A DNA stretch of 61,333 nucleotides, from NCBI GenBank assembly GCA_041689915.1, contig JBDNFH010000164.1:1-61333 (forward strand), read 5' to 3'. The DNA comes from Candidatus Nanopelagicales bacterium. Its GTDB lineage: Bacteria > Actinomycetota > Actinomycetes > S36-B12. Below the pieces are notes generated by a model, which saw nothing but the letters and a program-made list of their open reading frames with translations, did no database searches and was not told where the DNA came from. Positions 1 to 10,147 of this stretch are shown piece by piece (position 1 is the stretch's first letter; each line of letters opens with the position of its first letter). Both the position numbers and the translations under genes were made by a program.

Positions 1-87
1 AGCGGCGCAGTACGTTGTTGGGATTTCAAGGGCTTCAAATACTGCCCGGTCACCTTGGGACTCAATGGCATTAAGGATCTCTCGCAT
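1..87 (-). CDS. hypothetical protein, first 29 codons only (continues past window edge)
   Basis: ATG at 87-85 opens MREILNAIESQGDRAVFEALEIPTTYCAA with no stop before position 1. It is on the same strand as the small ORF at 115-282 and 27 nt downstream of it. No family recognised. Confidence 0.25.
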   Translation of the reverse strand, partial: MREILNAIESQGDRAVFEALEIPTTYCAA

Positions 88-114
88 GGGGACATTAAAC
101 CTGAGAAAGTATGT

Positions 115-282
115 CTAGGAACTCATTTTGGCCACAAACGCCACGGTGGTGATTGTGATACCCAGCACACCGATCAGGAGCAGTTTGCGCGCCTTTCTAA
201 ATAGACCGATCAGCATGAGTGCAGCACATGCACCGATTGCGAGGGAAAATCCTGGATTGCTCAGAAGATCAGCATCAGGCAT
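115..282 (-). CDS. small predicted two-helix membrane protein (55 aa, below ORF-track cutoff)
   Basis: Hand translation gives [55 protein letters not shown]. Two hydrophobic stretches are split by RKARK. Its ATG (282-280) overlaps the mce stop (277-275) as ATGCCTGA. Confidence 0.35.
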   Translation of the reverse strand: MPDADLLSNPGFSLAIGACAALMLIGLFRKARKLLLIGVLGITITTVAFVAKMSS

Positions 283-715
283 GCTGGACGAACTCGATTA
301 AAACCCCACCGCAGTCTGCCGGGTGGGCAAAATTAACCAAACTGCCGGCGGTACCAACTCGCGGTGTGTCATAGAGCATTCGAATTCCGTTAGCTCGAAC
401 ATGAGTGGCCACCAGTTCGACATCGCTGACTCTTAGAGCGAGTTGTTGAATTCCAGGCCCTCTCGTGGCAAGGAACTTTCCAATTGTGGTCTCGGGGCCA
501 AGGGGAGCAAGGAGTTGGACTTCCGCGCCCTGGTCAGGGAAAGCGATCATCGATTCGCTCACACCCTGATTCTCATTGACTTCAGCATGATGCTCACGTA
601 AGCCGAAGACACCCTCAAAGAGCGCCCGCCCCACGCCAAGGTCAGGGACCGCAATTCCAATGTGATCAATACCAAGGATCAAGTTTGCCAAATCGGGACC
701 ATTTTCTTTGAACAT
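275..715 (-). CDS. mce: methylmalonyl-CoA epimerase (glyoxalase/VOC fold)
   Basis: 146 aa with [11 protein letters not shown] near the N-terminus and a VOC-type pattern. It sits beside thiolase and meaB, as in other actinobacteria. Confidence 0.75.
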   Translation of the reverse strand: MFKENGPDLANLILGIDHIGIAVPDLGVGRALFEGVFGLREHHAEVNENQGVSESMIAFPDQGAEVQLLAPLGPETTIGKFLATRGPGIQQLALRVSDVELVATHVRANGIRMLYDTPRVGTAGSLVNFAHPADCGGVLIEFVQHA

Positions 716-776
716 GGCACTAATCTATCAAAGAGAAGAGCAGCGAGCCCCGAAGTGTTTGAGTCAAGGAGTCGGC

Positions 777-1997
777 ATGACGCAACCAAGAATAACTATC
801 GGCGATTTTGAGCCCAGTGTGATTATTGAGGGGGCTCGGACACCGGTGGGAAGATTGCAAGGAGGGCTCAAGTCCTTATCGGGCGCGCAACTTGGTGGAG
901 TCGCTATTGCGGGAGCACTTGAGCGTTCCGGTGTTCCCGCTTCCGAAGTTGACTACGTAATTATGGGACAAGTTTTGCAAGCTGGTGCGGGACAAGTCCC
1001 GGCTCGCCAGGCCGCGGTTCTGGGCGGAATCAGCATGGAGGTTCCGGCAATCACCATTAACAAGGTATGCCTTTCCGGGCTAGATGCAATCGCACTAGCG
1101 GATCAATTGATCCGTGCGGGTGAGGCCGAGTGCATTGTGGCCGGTGGCATGGAGTCCATGAGTCAAGCCCCGCATTTACTCCTAGGTTCACGTGAGGGAG
1201 TCAAGTTTGGAGAATGGTCGATGGTCGACTCGATGGCCTTTGACGGGCTCACCTGCGCTTTCGATCAAGAAGCGATGGGTGCCGCAACTGATCGTTACAA
1301 CGACCGCTACGGCCTCACGCGCGAGGAGCAGGATGAAGCGGCTGCGCTGTCGCATCAACGTGCCGCGGCTGCGCGTGAACTCTTCAATAGTGAAATAGTC
1401 CCGGTCCACATACCGGTGCGCAAAGGGGATCCCATCACTGTCGCTTTCGACGAAGGAATTCGCGCAGAGACGACCGCGCAAAGCCTGGCTGGACTTCGTC
1501 CTGCTTTTAACAAAGAAGGAAGCGTTACGGCCGGAAATGCCTCACAAATCTCTGATGGCGCCGCTGCCGTTATCGTCATGAGTAAGGGTAAAGCCATTGA
1601 ATTAGGACTCACCTGGCTAGCCGAGATTGGTGCACACGGCAATGTCGCCGGGCCTGATGCCAGCTTGCACGAGCAACCTGCACGAGCCATTTTGGCTGCC
1701 GCCCGCCGAGCAGGCCTTGGCCCCGAGGACATTGACCTGTTTGAAATCAACGAGGCCTTTGCAGCCGTTTCAATCGTCTCAAGTCGAATCTTGTCTGCCG
1801 AAGGTGCCCGCGCAGATCTTGAGCATGTGAATGTCAACGGTGGCGCGATTGCTCTTGGCCACCCAATAGGTGCATCCGGTGCTCGCTTAGTACTGCACCT
1901 GGCGCATGAACTGCGCCGACGTGGGGGCGGCATCGGTGCGGCGGCCCTGTGTGGCGGCGGTGGGCAAGGAGATGCACTACTCATCCGTGTCCCGTGA
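777..1997 (+). CDS. acetyl-CoA acetyltransferase (thiolase II)
   Basis: Thiolase motifs are present: [11 protein letters not shown] (active-site Cys), [31 protein letters not shown] and CGGGGQG. The start was moved to ATG 777, which is preceded by AAGGAG at 764-769. The track start at 708 would overlap mce. Confidence 0.9.
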   Translation: MTQPRITIGDFEPSVIIEGARTPVGRLQGGLKSLSGAQLGGVAIAGALERSGVPASEVDYVIMGQVLQAGAGQVPARQAAVLGGISMEVPAITINKVCLSGLDAIALADQLIRAGEAECIVAGGMESMSQAPHLLLGSREGVKFGEWSMVDSMAFDGLTCAFDQEAMGAATDRYNDRYGLTREEQDEAAALSHQRAAAARELFNSEIVPVHIPVRKGDPITVAFDEGIRAETTAQSLAGLRPAFNKEGSVTAGNASQISDGAAAVIVMSKGKAIELGLTWLAEIGAHGNVAGPDASLHEQPARAILAAARRAGLGPEDIDLFEINEAFAAVSIVSSRILSAEGARADLEHVNVNGGAIALGHPIGASGARLVLHLAHELRRRGGGIGAAALCGGGGQGDALLIRVP

Positions 1998-2030
1998 AGT
2001 ACGCAAACACCGTGGCAATAATCTGGCTAC

Positions 2031-2954
2031 ATGAACTCGGGTGAGGTGGCAGGCGCAAAGATTCGCGAGTTGGCTCAGCAGGTCACGCTGGTCGAAAACT
2101 CTGGAGCTGGTTCAGCCGAGCTGCTTGCGTCACTACCAACGCCGAGCGCGCACATTGTGGGCCTCACCGGTCCGCCAGGGGTGGGGAAATCCACGGCGAC
2201 CTCCGCTTTGATAACTGAATTGCGCAGTGAGGGTAAAAGTGTCGCGGTTCTGGCGATTGACCCTTCATCAACTTTTAGCAAAGGTGCGCTATTGGGCGAT
2301 CGAATCCGCATGCAAGAACATGCGATGGATTCTGGAGTCTTTATCCGATCCTTGGCGACCCGGGGACATCTCGGTGGGCTCACCGGGAGTATTTACAGTG
2401 TGCTGAAAGTAATTTCTGCCGCCGGATTTGAAGTAATAATCATTGAGACCGTTGGGGTTGGTCAATCCGAAATTGAAATCGCGAGAATGGCCGACACTTC
2501 GATTGTCATTGCCGCACCCGGTGCAGGTGACGGAATCCAGGCCGCCAAAGCAGGAATTTTGGAGATCGCGGATATTTTCGCAGTAAATAAGGCGGACCGC
2601 CCCGGGGCTGATGCAACCGCGCGAGAACTCAAAAGCATGCTCTCCATGGCGACGAATCACTCAGGCTGGGAGACACCGGTGATTCCCACAATCGCTACCG
2701 ACGGTTCGGGATTCGTCGAGCTAGGTGAAGCAATTGCCCAGCATTACGCCTTTTTGATTGGACAGGGTTTGCTTGAGCGCAAGCGAATTGGACGAATTCG
2801 CGAGTCGCTCCTGGCTCGGACAATGAACGACTTGGCGCTGCGGGCACTGGCAGTTGAAGCAGATCAGGACATAGCAGTTCAGTGCGCCGCTGGCACATTG
2901 AGTGAAGACCAGGCATGTGATCTGATCCGCAATGGCATAAATGCGCAGCCATAA
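2031..2954 (+). CDS. meaB: methylmalonyl-CoA mutase-associated GTPase MeaB/ArgK
   Basis: P-loop GPPGVGKST, ETVGVGQSE and NKADR (NKxD) motifs. Confidence 0.85.
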   Translation: MNSGEVAGAKIRELAQQVTLVENSGAGSAELLASLPTPSAHIVGLTGPPGVGKSTATSALITELRSEGKSVAVLAIDPSSTFSKGALLGDRIRMQEHAMDSGVFIRSLATRGHLGGLTGSIYSVLKVISAAGFEVIIIETVGVGQSEIEIARMADTSIVIAAPGAGDGIQAAKAGILEIADIFAVNKADRPGADATARELKSMLSMATNHSGWETPVIPTIATDGSGFVELGEAIAQHYAFLIGQGLLERKRIGRIRESLLARTMNDLALRALAVEADQDIAVQCAAGTLSEDQACDLIRNGINAQP

Positions 2955-2968
2955 GCCACAATGGGGTC

Positions 2969-3838
2969 ATGAGTACCCCTTCATTTGCCGGAGCAATTGA
3001 CCTTTCTTCATTGGGCGCCAAAAAGGCACCCGCTCCAGCGGGGGATTCACCGGTCATCGATGTCACCACCGACGCATTCGAATCGTTGATCCTCAAGGCC
3101 TCAGAAACAATTCCGGTCATTATTGACGTGTGGGCAACGTGGTGCGCACCGTGTAAACAACTTTCACCGATCCTTGCAGAACTTGCGCACGAATATGCCG
3201 GGCGCCTACTCATTGCCAAGGTTGATGCAGATGCAGAACCGTCAATCTCCCAAGCCTTGCAGGTGCAGTCGATTCCCTCTGTATTCGCGGTAATCAAGGG
3301 CCAATTAATTCCGCTATTCCAAGGTGCGTATCCCAAAGATCAGGTTAAACAAATATTTGACAAACTCTTGGAACTTGCGGCAGAGCAAGGACTGAACCCA
3401 TCACCCGTGGATACTGGTCAGGAGCCTGGCGAAGTAGAAATTGAAGAGCCGGCCGATCCACGCTTTGACGCCGCGGTCGACGCGGTAAATGCAGGGGACT
3501 GGGATCTGGCCAAGAAGGCGTATCAGGGAATCCTTGACAGCGACCCTGGTGATCTTGATGCCCAAGGCGGTTTGATCATGGCCGGAATTTTTGAGCGCAC
3601 TGATGGTGTCGTGCCACCACAGGGTGATTCATTTGATGAACTTCTCATCTTGGCGGACCTGGCTGCCGCAAGTGGTGAATGGGGGAGCGCATTGGCAGCA
3701 GCGATCAAGGCTGTTCAGCTTTCGAGCGGCACCGAACGTGAACTCGCGCGCACCAGACTTGTTGAGTACTTTGCCTTAGCTGGTGCGGACCCCAGTGTTT
3801 CGGGCGCGCGCATTGCTTTGGCTAATGCGCTTTTCTAG
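2969..3838 (+). CDS. thioredoxin-domain protein with C-terminal TPR-like region (YbbN-type co-chaperone)
   Basis: WATWCAPCKQL CxxC thioredoxin motif, followed by a helical repeat tail. Confidence 0.8.
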   Translation: MSTPSFAGAIDLSSLGAKKAPAPAGDSPVIDVTTDAFESLILKASETIPVIIDVWATWCAPCKQLSPILAELAHEYAGRLLIAKVDADAEPSISQALQVQSIPSVFAVIKGQLIPLFQGAYPKDQVKQIFDKLLELAAEQGLNPSPVDTGQEPGEVEIEEPADPRFDAAVDAVNAGDWDLAKKAYQGILDSDPGDLDAQGGLIMAGIFERTDGVVPPQGDSFDELLILADLAAASGEWGSALAAAIKAVQLSSGTERELARTRLVEYFALAGADPSVSGARIALANALF

Positions 3839-6000
3839 CCTTTAAATTCAAAAAACACGGCGGCTAATGGTGGCACCGTTATGCGAGCCACTGCTGGTTT
3901 TCCTGACCACTCGTAAAGCTTGGCTTCGATGTGGCCTAGGTTGCCCGCCCCACTTCCGCCATAGTGCGATGAATCGGTATTAAGCACCTCTGTCCATCTG
4001 CCTGGTTTAGGTAGCGCGAGTGGAAAGTCGTGACGAGCCTCGGGTGAGAAATTTGCAATAAATGCAATGCATTCACCATGGTCGGACCAACGGATCCAAC
4101 TGAAAATATTGGATTCGGTGTCAGCACCGTCAATCCATTCGAATCCTCGCGGGTCACTGTCTCGCTCCCACAGTGCACGACTATTTGAATAAAGGTTGTT
4201 CAGATCGGTGACAGTATTGAGGATTCCTTGGTGTTCCTCGAACTGTAGGAGGTGCCAGTCCAGTCCTCGCTCGCTTGACCATTCGTCGGACTGGGCGAAT
4301 TCTGAGCCCATAAATAAAAGTTTCTTACCTGGATGGGCCCACATGAAGGCGAGATAGGTTCGCAAATTTGCCAGTGCTTGCCAGCGGTCGCCGGGCATGC
4401 GGGCAATGAGTGAACCTTTGCCATGCACTACTTCGTCATGTGAGAAAGGCAAAACAAAATTTTCATTGAAGGAATACATCAAACTGAAAGTCATTTCATC
4501 ATGGTGATATTTACGATGAATACTTTCGTGCTGGACGTATCCCAGTGAGTCATGCATCCAGCCCATGTTCCACTTGAATCCAAAGCCTAAACCACCAAGG
4601 TCAGTGGATCGGGTGACACCGGGCCAAGCCGTTGACTCTTCAGCGATGGTGATCACACCCGGAACCCGCTTATAAACCGTTGCATTCATTTCTTGGAGAA
4701 ATGACACTGCATCAAGATTTTCGTTTCCACCGTATTGATTGGGAAGCCATTGACCACTCTCGCGCGAATAATCGAGATAGAGCATTGAGGCAACAGCATC
4801 AACCCGCAGACCATCAATGTGAAACTCTTCAAGCCAATACAGTGCGTTAGCAACCAGGAAATTGCGCACTTCCTTGCGTCCAAAGTCAAATATCAACGTC
4901 CCCCAGTCGGGGTGCTCGCCGCGACGCGGGTCTTCATGTTCATAGAGGTGCGTGCCGTCGAAATTGGCCAGTGCCCAATCATCCTTTGGGAAGTGCGCGG
5001 GAACCCAGTCAAGGATTACTCCGATTCCATGTTGGTGCAAAGTGTCAACGAGATACCGGAACTGATCGGGTGTTCCAAATCGCGAAGTGGGGGCGTAATA
5101 AGAAGTGACCTGATAGCCCCAAGAAGGTCCATAAGGGTGTTCAGCCACGGGCAGGAGTTCAACATGGGTGAATCCCGCGGCCTTCACGTAATCAACGAGT
5201 TCACGTGCCAGGCTCAGATAACCCAAGCCCAACCTCCATGAGCCCAAGTGCACTTCGTAGGTGGTCATGGGCTGCACATGTGGATTGTGGCTAACTCGCT
5301 TTTCTAGCCACGGCGAATCACCCCAAACGTAATCGGATTCAAAGACTATTGAGGCGGTTGCGGGAGGAACTTGTGTTGCAAAAGCCATTGGGTCTGCTTT
5401 GGTGAGCCAGGCCCCTTGGGTGCCCAAAATGCTGAATTTATAAGCACTACCCGTTACAACACCGGGAATGAAAATTTCCCAGACACCAGTTGACCCAAGT
5501 GATCGCATTGGGTGAGCTGACCCATCCCAATAGTTGAAATCTCCGATCACCCGCACACCTCGGGCATTTGGCGCCCACACGGAAAAGGCGGTGCCCGCTA
5601 CCGCAACTTCGCCTTGATCCATGGTCCGAGGGTGGGCTCCGAGTACTTGCCAGAGTTGCTCATGTCTGCCCTCACCAATCAAGTGCAGGTCAATTTCCCC
5701 GAGGGTTGGAGCAAACGCGAATGGATCGTGGCTTTGGAAACTTCCGGTTTCGTAGCGCGCATCCAGGAGATACGCTGTCGAGTCAAGTTCGCCAACCGCG
5801 ATTGACAGGGTCCAGACTCCCGGAGCCTCTGGGGTCATCGGAAATATTGACCCTCCAATGTGAACGTCAACGGAAAGGGCATGTGGTTTGAGAGTCCGAA
5901 AAGTTACTTGACCGCCGCTCACATGTCTTCCGAGTAGCACGTGTGGATCAAAGTGTGACCCACCGAGAAGTCTGTCTAATTCGTGGTGCGGTGCGTTCAC
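3835..6000 (-). CDS. glgB: 1,4-alpha-glucan branching enzyme
   Basis: GH13 motifs VILDWVPAHF, DGLRVDAVASM, IAEESTAW and FSHDEVVHGK. GTG start at 6000 overlaps the glgE stop by 1 nt. Confidence 0.95.
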   Translation of the reverse strand: MNAPHHELDRLLGGSHFDPHVLLGRHVSGGQVTFRTLKPHALSVDVHIGGSIFPMTPEAPGVWTLSIAVGELDSTAYLLDARYETGSFQSHDPFAFAPTLGEIDLHLIGEGRHEQLWQVLGAHPRTMDQGEVAVAGTAFSVWAPNARGVRVIGDFNYWDGSAHPMRSLGSTGVWEIFIPGVVTGSAYKFSILGTQGAWLTKADPMAFATQVPPATASIVFESDYVWGDSPWLEKRVSHNPHVQPMTTYEVHLGSWRLGLGYLSLARELVDYVKAAGFTHVELLPVAEHPYGPSWGYQVTSYYAPTSRFGTPDQFRYLVDTLHQHGIGVILDWVPAHFPKDDWALANFDGTHLYEHEDPRRGEHPDWGTLIFDFGRKEVRNFLVANALYWLEEFHIDGLRVDAVASMLYLDYSRESGQWLPNQYGGNENLDAVSFLQEMNATVYKRVPGVITIAEESTAWPGVTRSTDLGGLGFGFKWNMGWMHDSLGYVQHESIHRKYHHDEMTFSLMYSFNENFVLPFSHDEVVHGKGSLIARMPGDRWQALANLRTYLAFMWAHPGKKLLFMGSEFAQSDEWSSERGLDWHLLQFEEHQGILNTVTDLNNLYSNSRALWERDSDPRGFEWIDGADTESNIFSWIRWSDHGECIAFIANFSPEARHDFPLALPKPGRWTEVLNTDSSHYGGSGAGNLGHIEAKLYEWSGKPAVARITVPPLAAVFFEFKG

Positions 6001-8039
6001 TATTTTTTCGCACCTCCACTTGCGGAGTCTGACTCAGAAAAAACCTTGAGTGGTTCTAAGGGTGAAATGATTTTGGCAATATGCGCGACATCTCCAGAAG
6101 GCATTAGTTTAGCGAATGTGTGTTCACTCCAACGCCAAGTAGCGCCGGTGATCTGATCCGTGACCGCAAATTGGTCACCTCGCGACAGTCCAAGCTCATG
6201 CATATTCCAATGAACGGTCGTTGAATGCTCGTTGTCGGGATCCGTGTTGCAGACAACCAAGATTACGTCCGCACCATTCACGCCACCGCGTTTTGAGAAA
6301 GCTATAACGTCGGGGGAGTCACTGGGGTGAAAACGAAGTGTGCGAAGTTCCTGCAGAGCCGGATTGTTGCGTCGAATCTCATTGAGCAACGTTAAATAGG
6401 GAGCAAGTGAGCGACCTTGTTCGTGTGCGAGGCACCAGTCGCGCGGACGCAATTGAAACTTCTCGGTATCAAGGTATTCCTCGCTACCGGGGCGAAGGGC
6501 CACATGTTCGTAGAGTTCATATCCGCTGTAAATTCCAAAAGTGGGTGACAAAGTAGCGGCAAGTGTTGCCCTAATTGCAAATGCTGCGGGTATTCCTGAT
6601 TGCAAGTAGGCATGCAAAATATCCGGGGTATTTGTGAAAAGGTTGGGCCTCATGTACGCGGCCTTTGGCCCGGCAAGTTCGGTGAAATATTCCTCGAGTT
6701 CCCACTTTGAGTTTTTCCAAGTGAAGTAGGTGTAAGACTGCTGGAATCCCACTTCCGCCAGAACTCGCATCATGGGCTCGCGAGTAAATGCCTCTGCAAG
6801 GAAGATCACATCAGGGTGTTCGGTATTGATGGAACCAATAAGACGGTGCCAAAACCAAACGGGCTTCGTGTGAGGGTTGTCCACCCGAAAAATGAATACA
6901 CCAGCCTTGATCCAAAAAAGAACAATTCGCTTAATTTCTTGGTAGAGGCCTTCTGGGTCATTATCAAAATTCAATGGATAAATGTCTTGATATTTTTTTG
7001 GTGGATTCTCCGCGTATGCGATGCTTCCGTCGCTGCGGTGGGTAAACCACTCGGGATTGCTGGTGACCCACGGGTGATCCGGGGCGCATTGCAAGGCTAG
7101 ATCTAAGGCTACTTCCACGTTTAATTTCTTTGCTTCTGCCACAAAATTTGAGAAGTCTTTCAGCGTTCCCAGATCTGGGTTGACGCTGTCGTGTCCACCA
7201 AGGGTTGAACCGATTGCCCAGGGCGAACCTGGATCATGTGGGTTGGTTGTCAGCGTGTTGTTAGGGCCTTTTCGGTTTATCTCACCTATTGGGTGAATGG
7301 GTGGGAGGTAAACCACATCAAAGCCCATTTTGGCAATTCGCGGGAGGGCTAATGCGGCGCTGGCAAAAGTTCCAGATTTAATTGGCGCAAGTGTGGCGCC
7401 CTCGCTGCGCGGAAAGAATTCATACCATGAGCCAACAAGGGCCCGGCGCCGCTCAATGAGGAGCGGCCAAGGCCCATGAACGCAGGGATTTTCACGAATC
7501 GGATGCGCAACGAGAATTTCTGCAATGGCCGTGTCCACGGTAGCGGCGTACCTCACACTTACGGGTAGAGTTGCATTGCGCATCGTTGCAACTGCGCCGA
7601 TCAGAGTCTTATGGTCTTTCGGATTCAATTCATTGGCCACTTGCTCAATCAAGGACGCGCCTTCACTTAATTCAAGATCAGTATCAAGTCCGGCAGGAAT
7701 TTTTATTGTCGCTCGGCGTTGCCACGTTGCTAAAGGATCACTCCACGCCGTCATACTAAATCTCCATGCTCCCGTCGAGGTGGCGGTGAAGTTCGCCAGG
7801 TACCGGTCGCTGTCTCGTTGTGTTGACATGGGGAAGGGGCCAATTGTTTTACCGTTTGGATCTGTGAGGAGAAGTTCAACGCTAAGACAATCATGTCCTT
7901 CACGAAAGGCGGTCACCGCGAAAGGAATTATCTCCCCAACGACGGCTTTCGCGGGATACTTTCCACATTCCACGATCGGCGACACGTCAAAAACTGTGAA
8001 TCTCGCGATGGTCGGCTGTGGTGAGAATCTGCGCGACAT
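6000..8039 (-). CDS. glgE: alpha-1,4-glucan:maltose-1-phosphate maltosyltransferase
   Basis: 679 aa with the GlgE-type FRVDNPHTKP and FLAEAFT motifs. It lies upstream of glgB in one operon. Confidence 0.92.
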   Translation of the reverse strand: MSRRFSPQPTIARFTVFDVSPIVECGKYPAKAVVGEIIPFAVTAFREGHDCLSVELLLTDPNGKTIGPFPMSTQRDSDRYLANFTATSTGAWRFSMTAWSDPLATWQRRATIKIPAGLDTDLELSEGASLIEQVANELNPKDHKTLIGAVATMRNATLPVSVRYAATVDTAIAEILVAHPIRENPCVHGPWPLLIERRRALVGSWYEFFPRSEGATLAPIKSGTFASAALALPRIAKMGFDVVYLPPIHPIGEINRKGPNNTLTTNPHDPGSPWAIGSTLGGHDSVNPDLGTLKDFSNFVAEAKKLNVEVALDLALQCAPDHPWVTSNPEWFTHRSDGSIAYAENPPKKYQDIYPLNFDNDPEGLYQEIKRIVLFWIKAGVFIFRVDNPHTKPVWFWHRLIGSINTEHPDVIFLAEAFTREPMMRVLAEVGFQQSYTYFTWKNSKWELEEYFTELAGPKAAYMRPNLFTNTPDILHAYLQSGIPAAFAIRATLAATLSPTFGIYSGYELYEHVALRPGSEEYLDTEKFQLRPRDWCLAHEQGRSLAPYLTLLNEIRRNNPALQELRTLRFHPSDSPDVIAFSKRGGVNGADVILVVCNTDPDNEHSTTVHWNMHELGLSRGDQFAVTDQITGATWRWSEHTFAKLMPSGDVAHIAKIISPLEPLKVFSESDSASGGAKK

Positions 8040-8048
8040 GGACTAAGG

Positions 8049-8640
8049 CTAGTGGAGCACCGCGCAGGTTTTCCCAGATGTCATGTATACGTTTGCAAGC
8101 ACATGGCCGGTAACTCGTGGAGTCTGGCCGGGTGTGCGACGGATTTGTTGGTAGCGGGTCAGGCCCCCCTCGTCTGAGTGTCGAGGCGTTGCCAGATCTC
8201 TTGCGATTGGCCACTGGCTTCTTGGCAGCGCAGGGTGAGGATGCTGGTGGCGCCACGTACGTTCCAGCGTATTCCGGAGAGTTTGAGGCGCTGGGCAACG
8301 ATGGCTTTGCAGTCGAGGGCGTGCACGTGCTCGCGGGCGTGGTAGAGGTCCACGATGTGGGTTGCGGTGGGGAAGTGTTTGCCGGCCAGGTTCCAGATCC
8401 ACGGTGCCCCATCGCCGAGCACGACCAGCTGCTGGGCGTGGCAGAACGGCGCAACGCCGTGCTGCATGCCAGGCCTACAATCACGCCTTCTGGTGATGAG
8501 TAGTTGCTGCGGCTCCGTGAGGGCGCCGATCCGGGTCTGGGTCGACGACGCCTATCTCGACAAGCAAATTGTCGCTGTCAACTATTGGCTTGAGCGTGTG
8601 GAGTCCGCACGGCTTCATCCACTTGGCTGACACGGCCAAG
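8049..8640 (-). pseudogene. ISKra4-like DDE transposase remnant (C-terminal part, fragmented)
   Basis: The frame at 8159-8467 reads VVLGDGAPWIWNLAGKHFPTATHIVDLYHAREH...LKLSGIRWNVRGATSILTLRCQEASG. This is the conserved C-terminal pattern of that family, with the intervening region missing. There is no intact N-terminus and upstream frames are broken. Confidence 0.5.
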
Positions 8641-8723
8641 CCCTACATAAACGGGTAATACCTCCGCTACGATCAGTTAAACTCAGTTAGATCGTGTTCG
8701 AACTACCCGGAGGGTCATGCGCT

Positions 8724-8891
8724 ATGTCTGAGCCTTGGTTTTCTGCCGACGGCATCGCCGCGCATTTAGGCGTCACGAAGGACACGGTCGTCGCCTGGAT
8801 CGCCGAGAAGCGAATGCCGGCTCACGAGGTCGGCAGACTCTGTAAGTTCCAGACCAGTGAGGTCGACGAGTGGGTCTGCAGCGGTGGGTAG
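8724..8891 (+). CDS. small excisionase/MerR-like helix-turn-helix DNA-binding protein (HTH_17-type)
   Basis: MSEPWFSADGIAAHLGVTKDTVVAWIAEKRMPAHEVGRLCKFQTSEVDEWV. GGAGGG at 8709-8714 lies upstream of ATG 8724. The gene ends 42 nt before brxA. Confidence 0.7.
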   Translation: MSEPWFSADGIAAHLGVTKDTVVAWIAEKRMPAHEVGRLCKFQTSEVDEWVCSGG

Positions 8892-8933
8892 CCATATCCT
8901 GAGCGACTTGCCTGAAACCGGATGGAGGTACCT

Positions 8934-9545
8934 ATGGCGAACGAGACCGCACGCGCATCACGCTACGCGTTGTCCTTCACCAGCGGCGCCCTCCTGATGC
9001 GCGAAGCGCTCGTCGCGGCCCCGATCTATCTCCATGAGCACGACTGGGCGAAGGTCCGTGAGCTGATCGAGGAGGACAACCTCCTTCAGTCCCGCACGCG
9101 TTCCTCCGGCTTCCGCCTAGCCCGCGAGGTCGCCCAGCGGCTCTCGGTGCTCACTGACGCCGAGATCGAGTTGCTCATCGACTCCACTACCTCTGAGCGG
9201 GGGCACCTTCTGTGGGCCGCGGCCTGCCGCCGTTACGACCTCATTGGGGAGTTCGCCGAAGAGGTGCTGCGTGAGCGCTACCTCATCCTCGCCCCGACGT
9301 TGGGCTACGACGACTTCGACAGTTTCGTCCGTGGCAAGGCCCTCTGGCACGAAGAAGTCGCTGACCTCAAGGACTCCACCTTGCGCAAGCTCCGTTCCAC
9401 CGTTTTTCGCATGCTCGTCGAGGCTGGCCTCGTGCCGGAGGACGGCCGGATCCTCCAAGCGGTGTTGTCCACGCGCGTTGCCGACGCGCTCTCGGCACGG
9501 ACACCCAGCGACATCCGCTTCTTTCCGACCGGAGGTACCCCGTGA
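8934..9545 (+). CDS. brxA: BREX protein BrxA (DUF1819 family)
   Basis: 203 aa with YALSFTSGALLMREAL...NLLQSRTRSS...EIELLIDS...LLWAAACRRYDLIGEFAEEVL, matching the DUF1819 pattern. GGAGG lies 5 nt upstream of ATG 8934. The track start at 8922 is less likely. Confidence 0.85.
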   Translation: MANETARASRYALSFTSGALLMREALVAAPIYLHEHDWAKVRELIEEDNLLQSRTRSSGFRLAREVAQRLSVLTDAEIELLIDSTTSERGHLLWAAACRRYDLIGEFAEEVLRERYLILAPTLGYDDFDSFVRGKALWHEEVADLKDSTLRKLRSTVFRMLVEAGLVPEDGRILQAVLSTRVADALSARTPSDIRFFPTGGTP

Positions 9546-10147
9546 TGAAGACGGCTGACCTGACCAAGCAGGAGGATCATCTGTTCGCTGTCCTCAGCGG
9601 CAAGCGCTTCCTGCAGATGGAGGGCCTCAGCAATGAGGTTCCGTTCTTCATTTACCCCTACCCGCCTGAGGCATCTCTCGCGGTGGCGCAAGCGAAGAAG
9701 CGAATCAAGACCAAGCTGTCCACGCAGCACGGCATCACGGTTCGTGAGGTCAACCTCTACGACCTGTCGGTAAAGATCCTCAAGGCCAGCGGTGACTGGG
9801 CTGAAGTACTCGAAGTCGAGCCGGGTCTCGACAAGTCGGACTTCTCCGAGATGTTGCAGTCCATGCTCAATCCGCAGCTGCACCTGGCACCGGCGATCCG
9901 GGAGAAGCTGGCGGGCGGCGACTTCGACATCGTCTTCCTCACGGGCATCGGTGAGGTCTTCCCTTACATCCGGTCGCACAACGTGCTCAACAACCTTCAG
10001 AGCGTTGTCACCGGCAAGCCAATGCTCATGTTCTTCCCCGGCCGCTACGAGCAATCCGACACCCTCGGCTCATCGCTTGTGCTCTTCGGGCGGTTGAAGG
10101 ACGACCAGTACTACCGAGCCAAGAATATTTTGGAACAGGAAGCGTGA
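9542..10147 (+). CDS. brxB: BREX protein BrxB (DUF1788 family)
   Basis: 201 aa with the FFIYPYPPE motif, in the position between brxA and brxC. Confidence 0.85.
   Translation: MMKTADLTKQEDHLFAVLSGKRFLQMEGLSNEVPFFIYPYPPEASLAVAQAKKRIKTKLSTQHGITVREVNLYDLSVKILKASGDWAEVLEVEPGLDKSDFSEMLQSMLNPQLHLAPAIREKLAGGDFDIVFLTGIGEVFPYIRSHNVLNNLQSVVTGKPMLMFFPGRYEQSDTLGSSLVLFGRLKDDQYYRAKNILEQEA

Noticed and set aside
8117-8503. 128-aa plus-strand ORF and the overlapping minus-strand ORFs 7987-8484 and 8049-8402 at the island's left edge.
   Set aside because: Only the 8159-8467 minus frame carries transposase-family motifs. The others are alternate frames of the same high-GC remnant, and 7987-8484 would run into the glgE start region.
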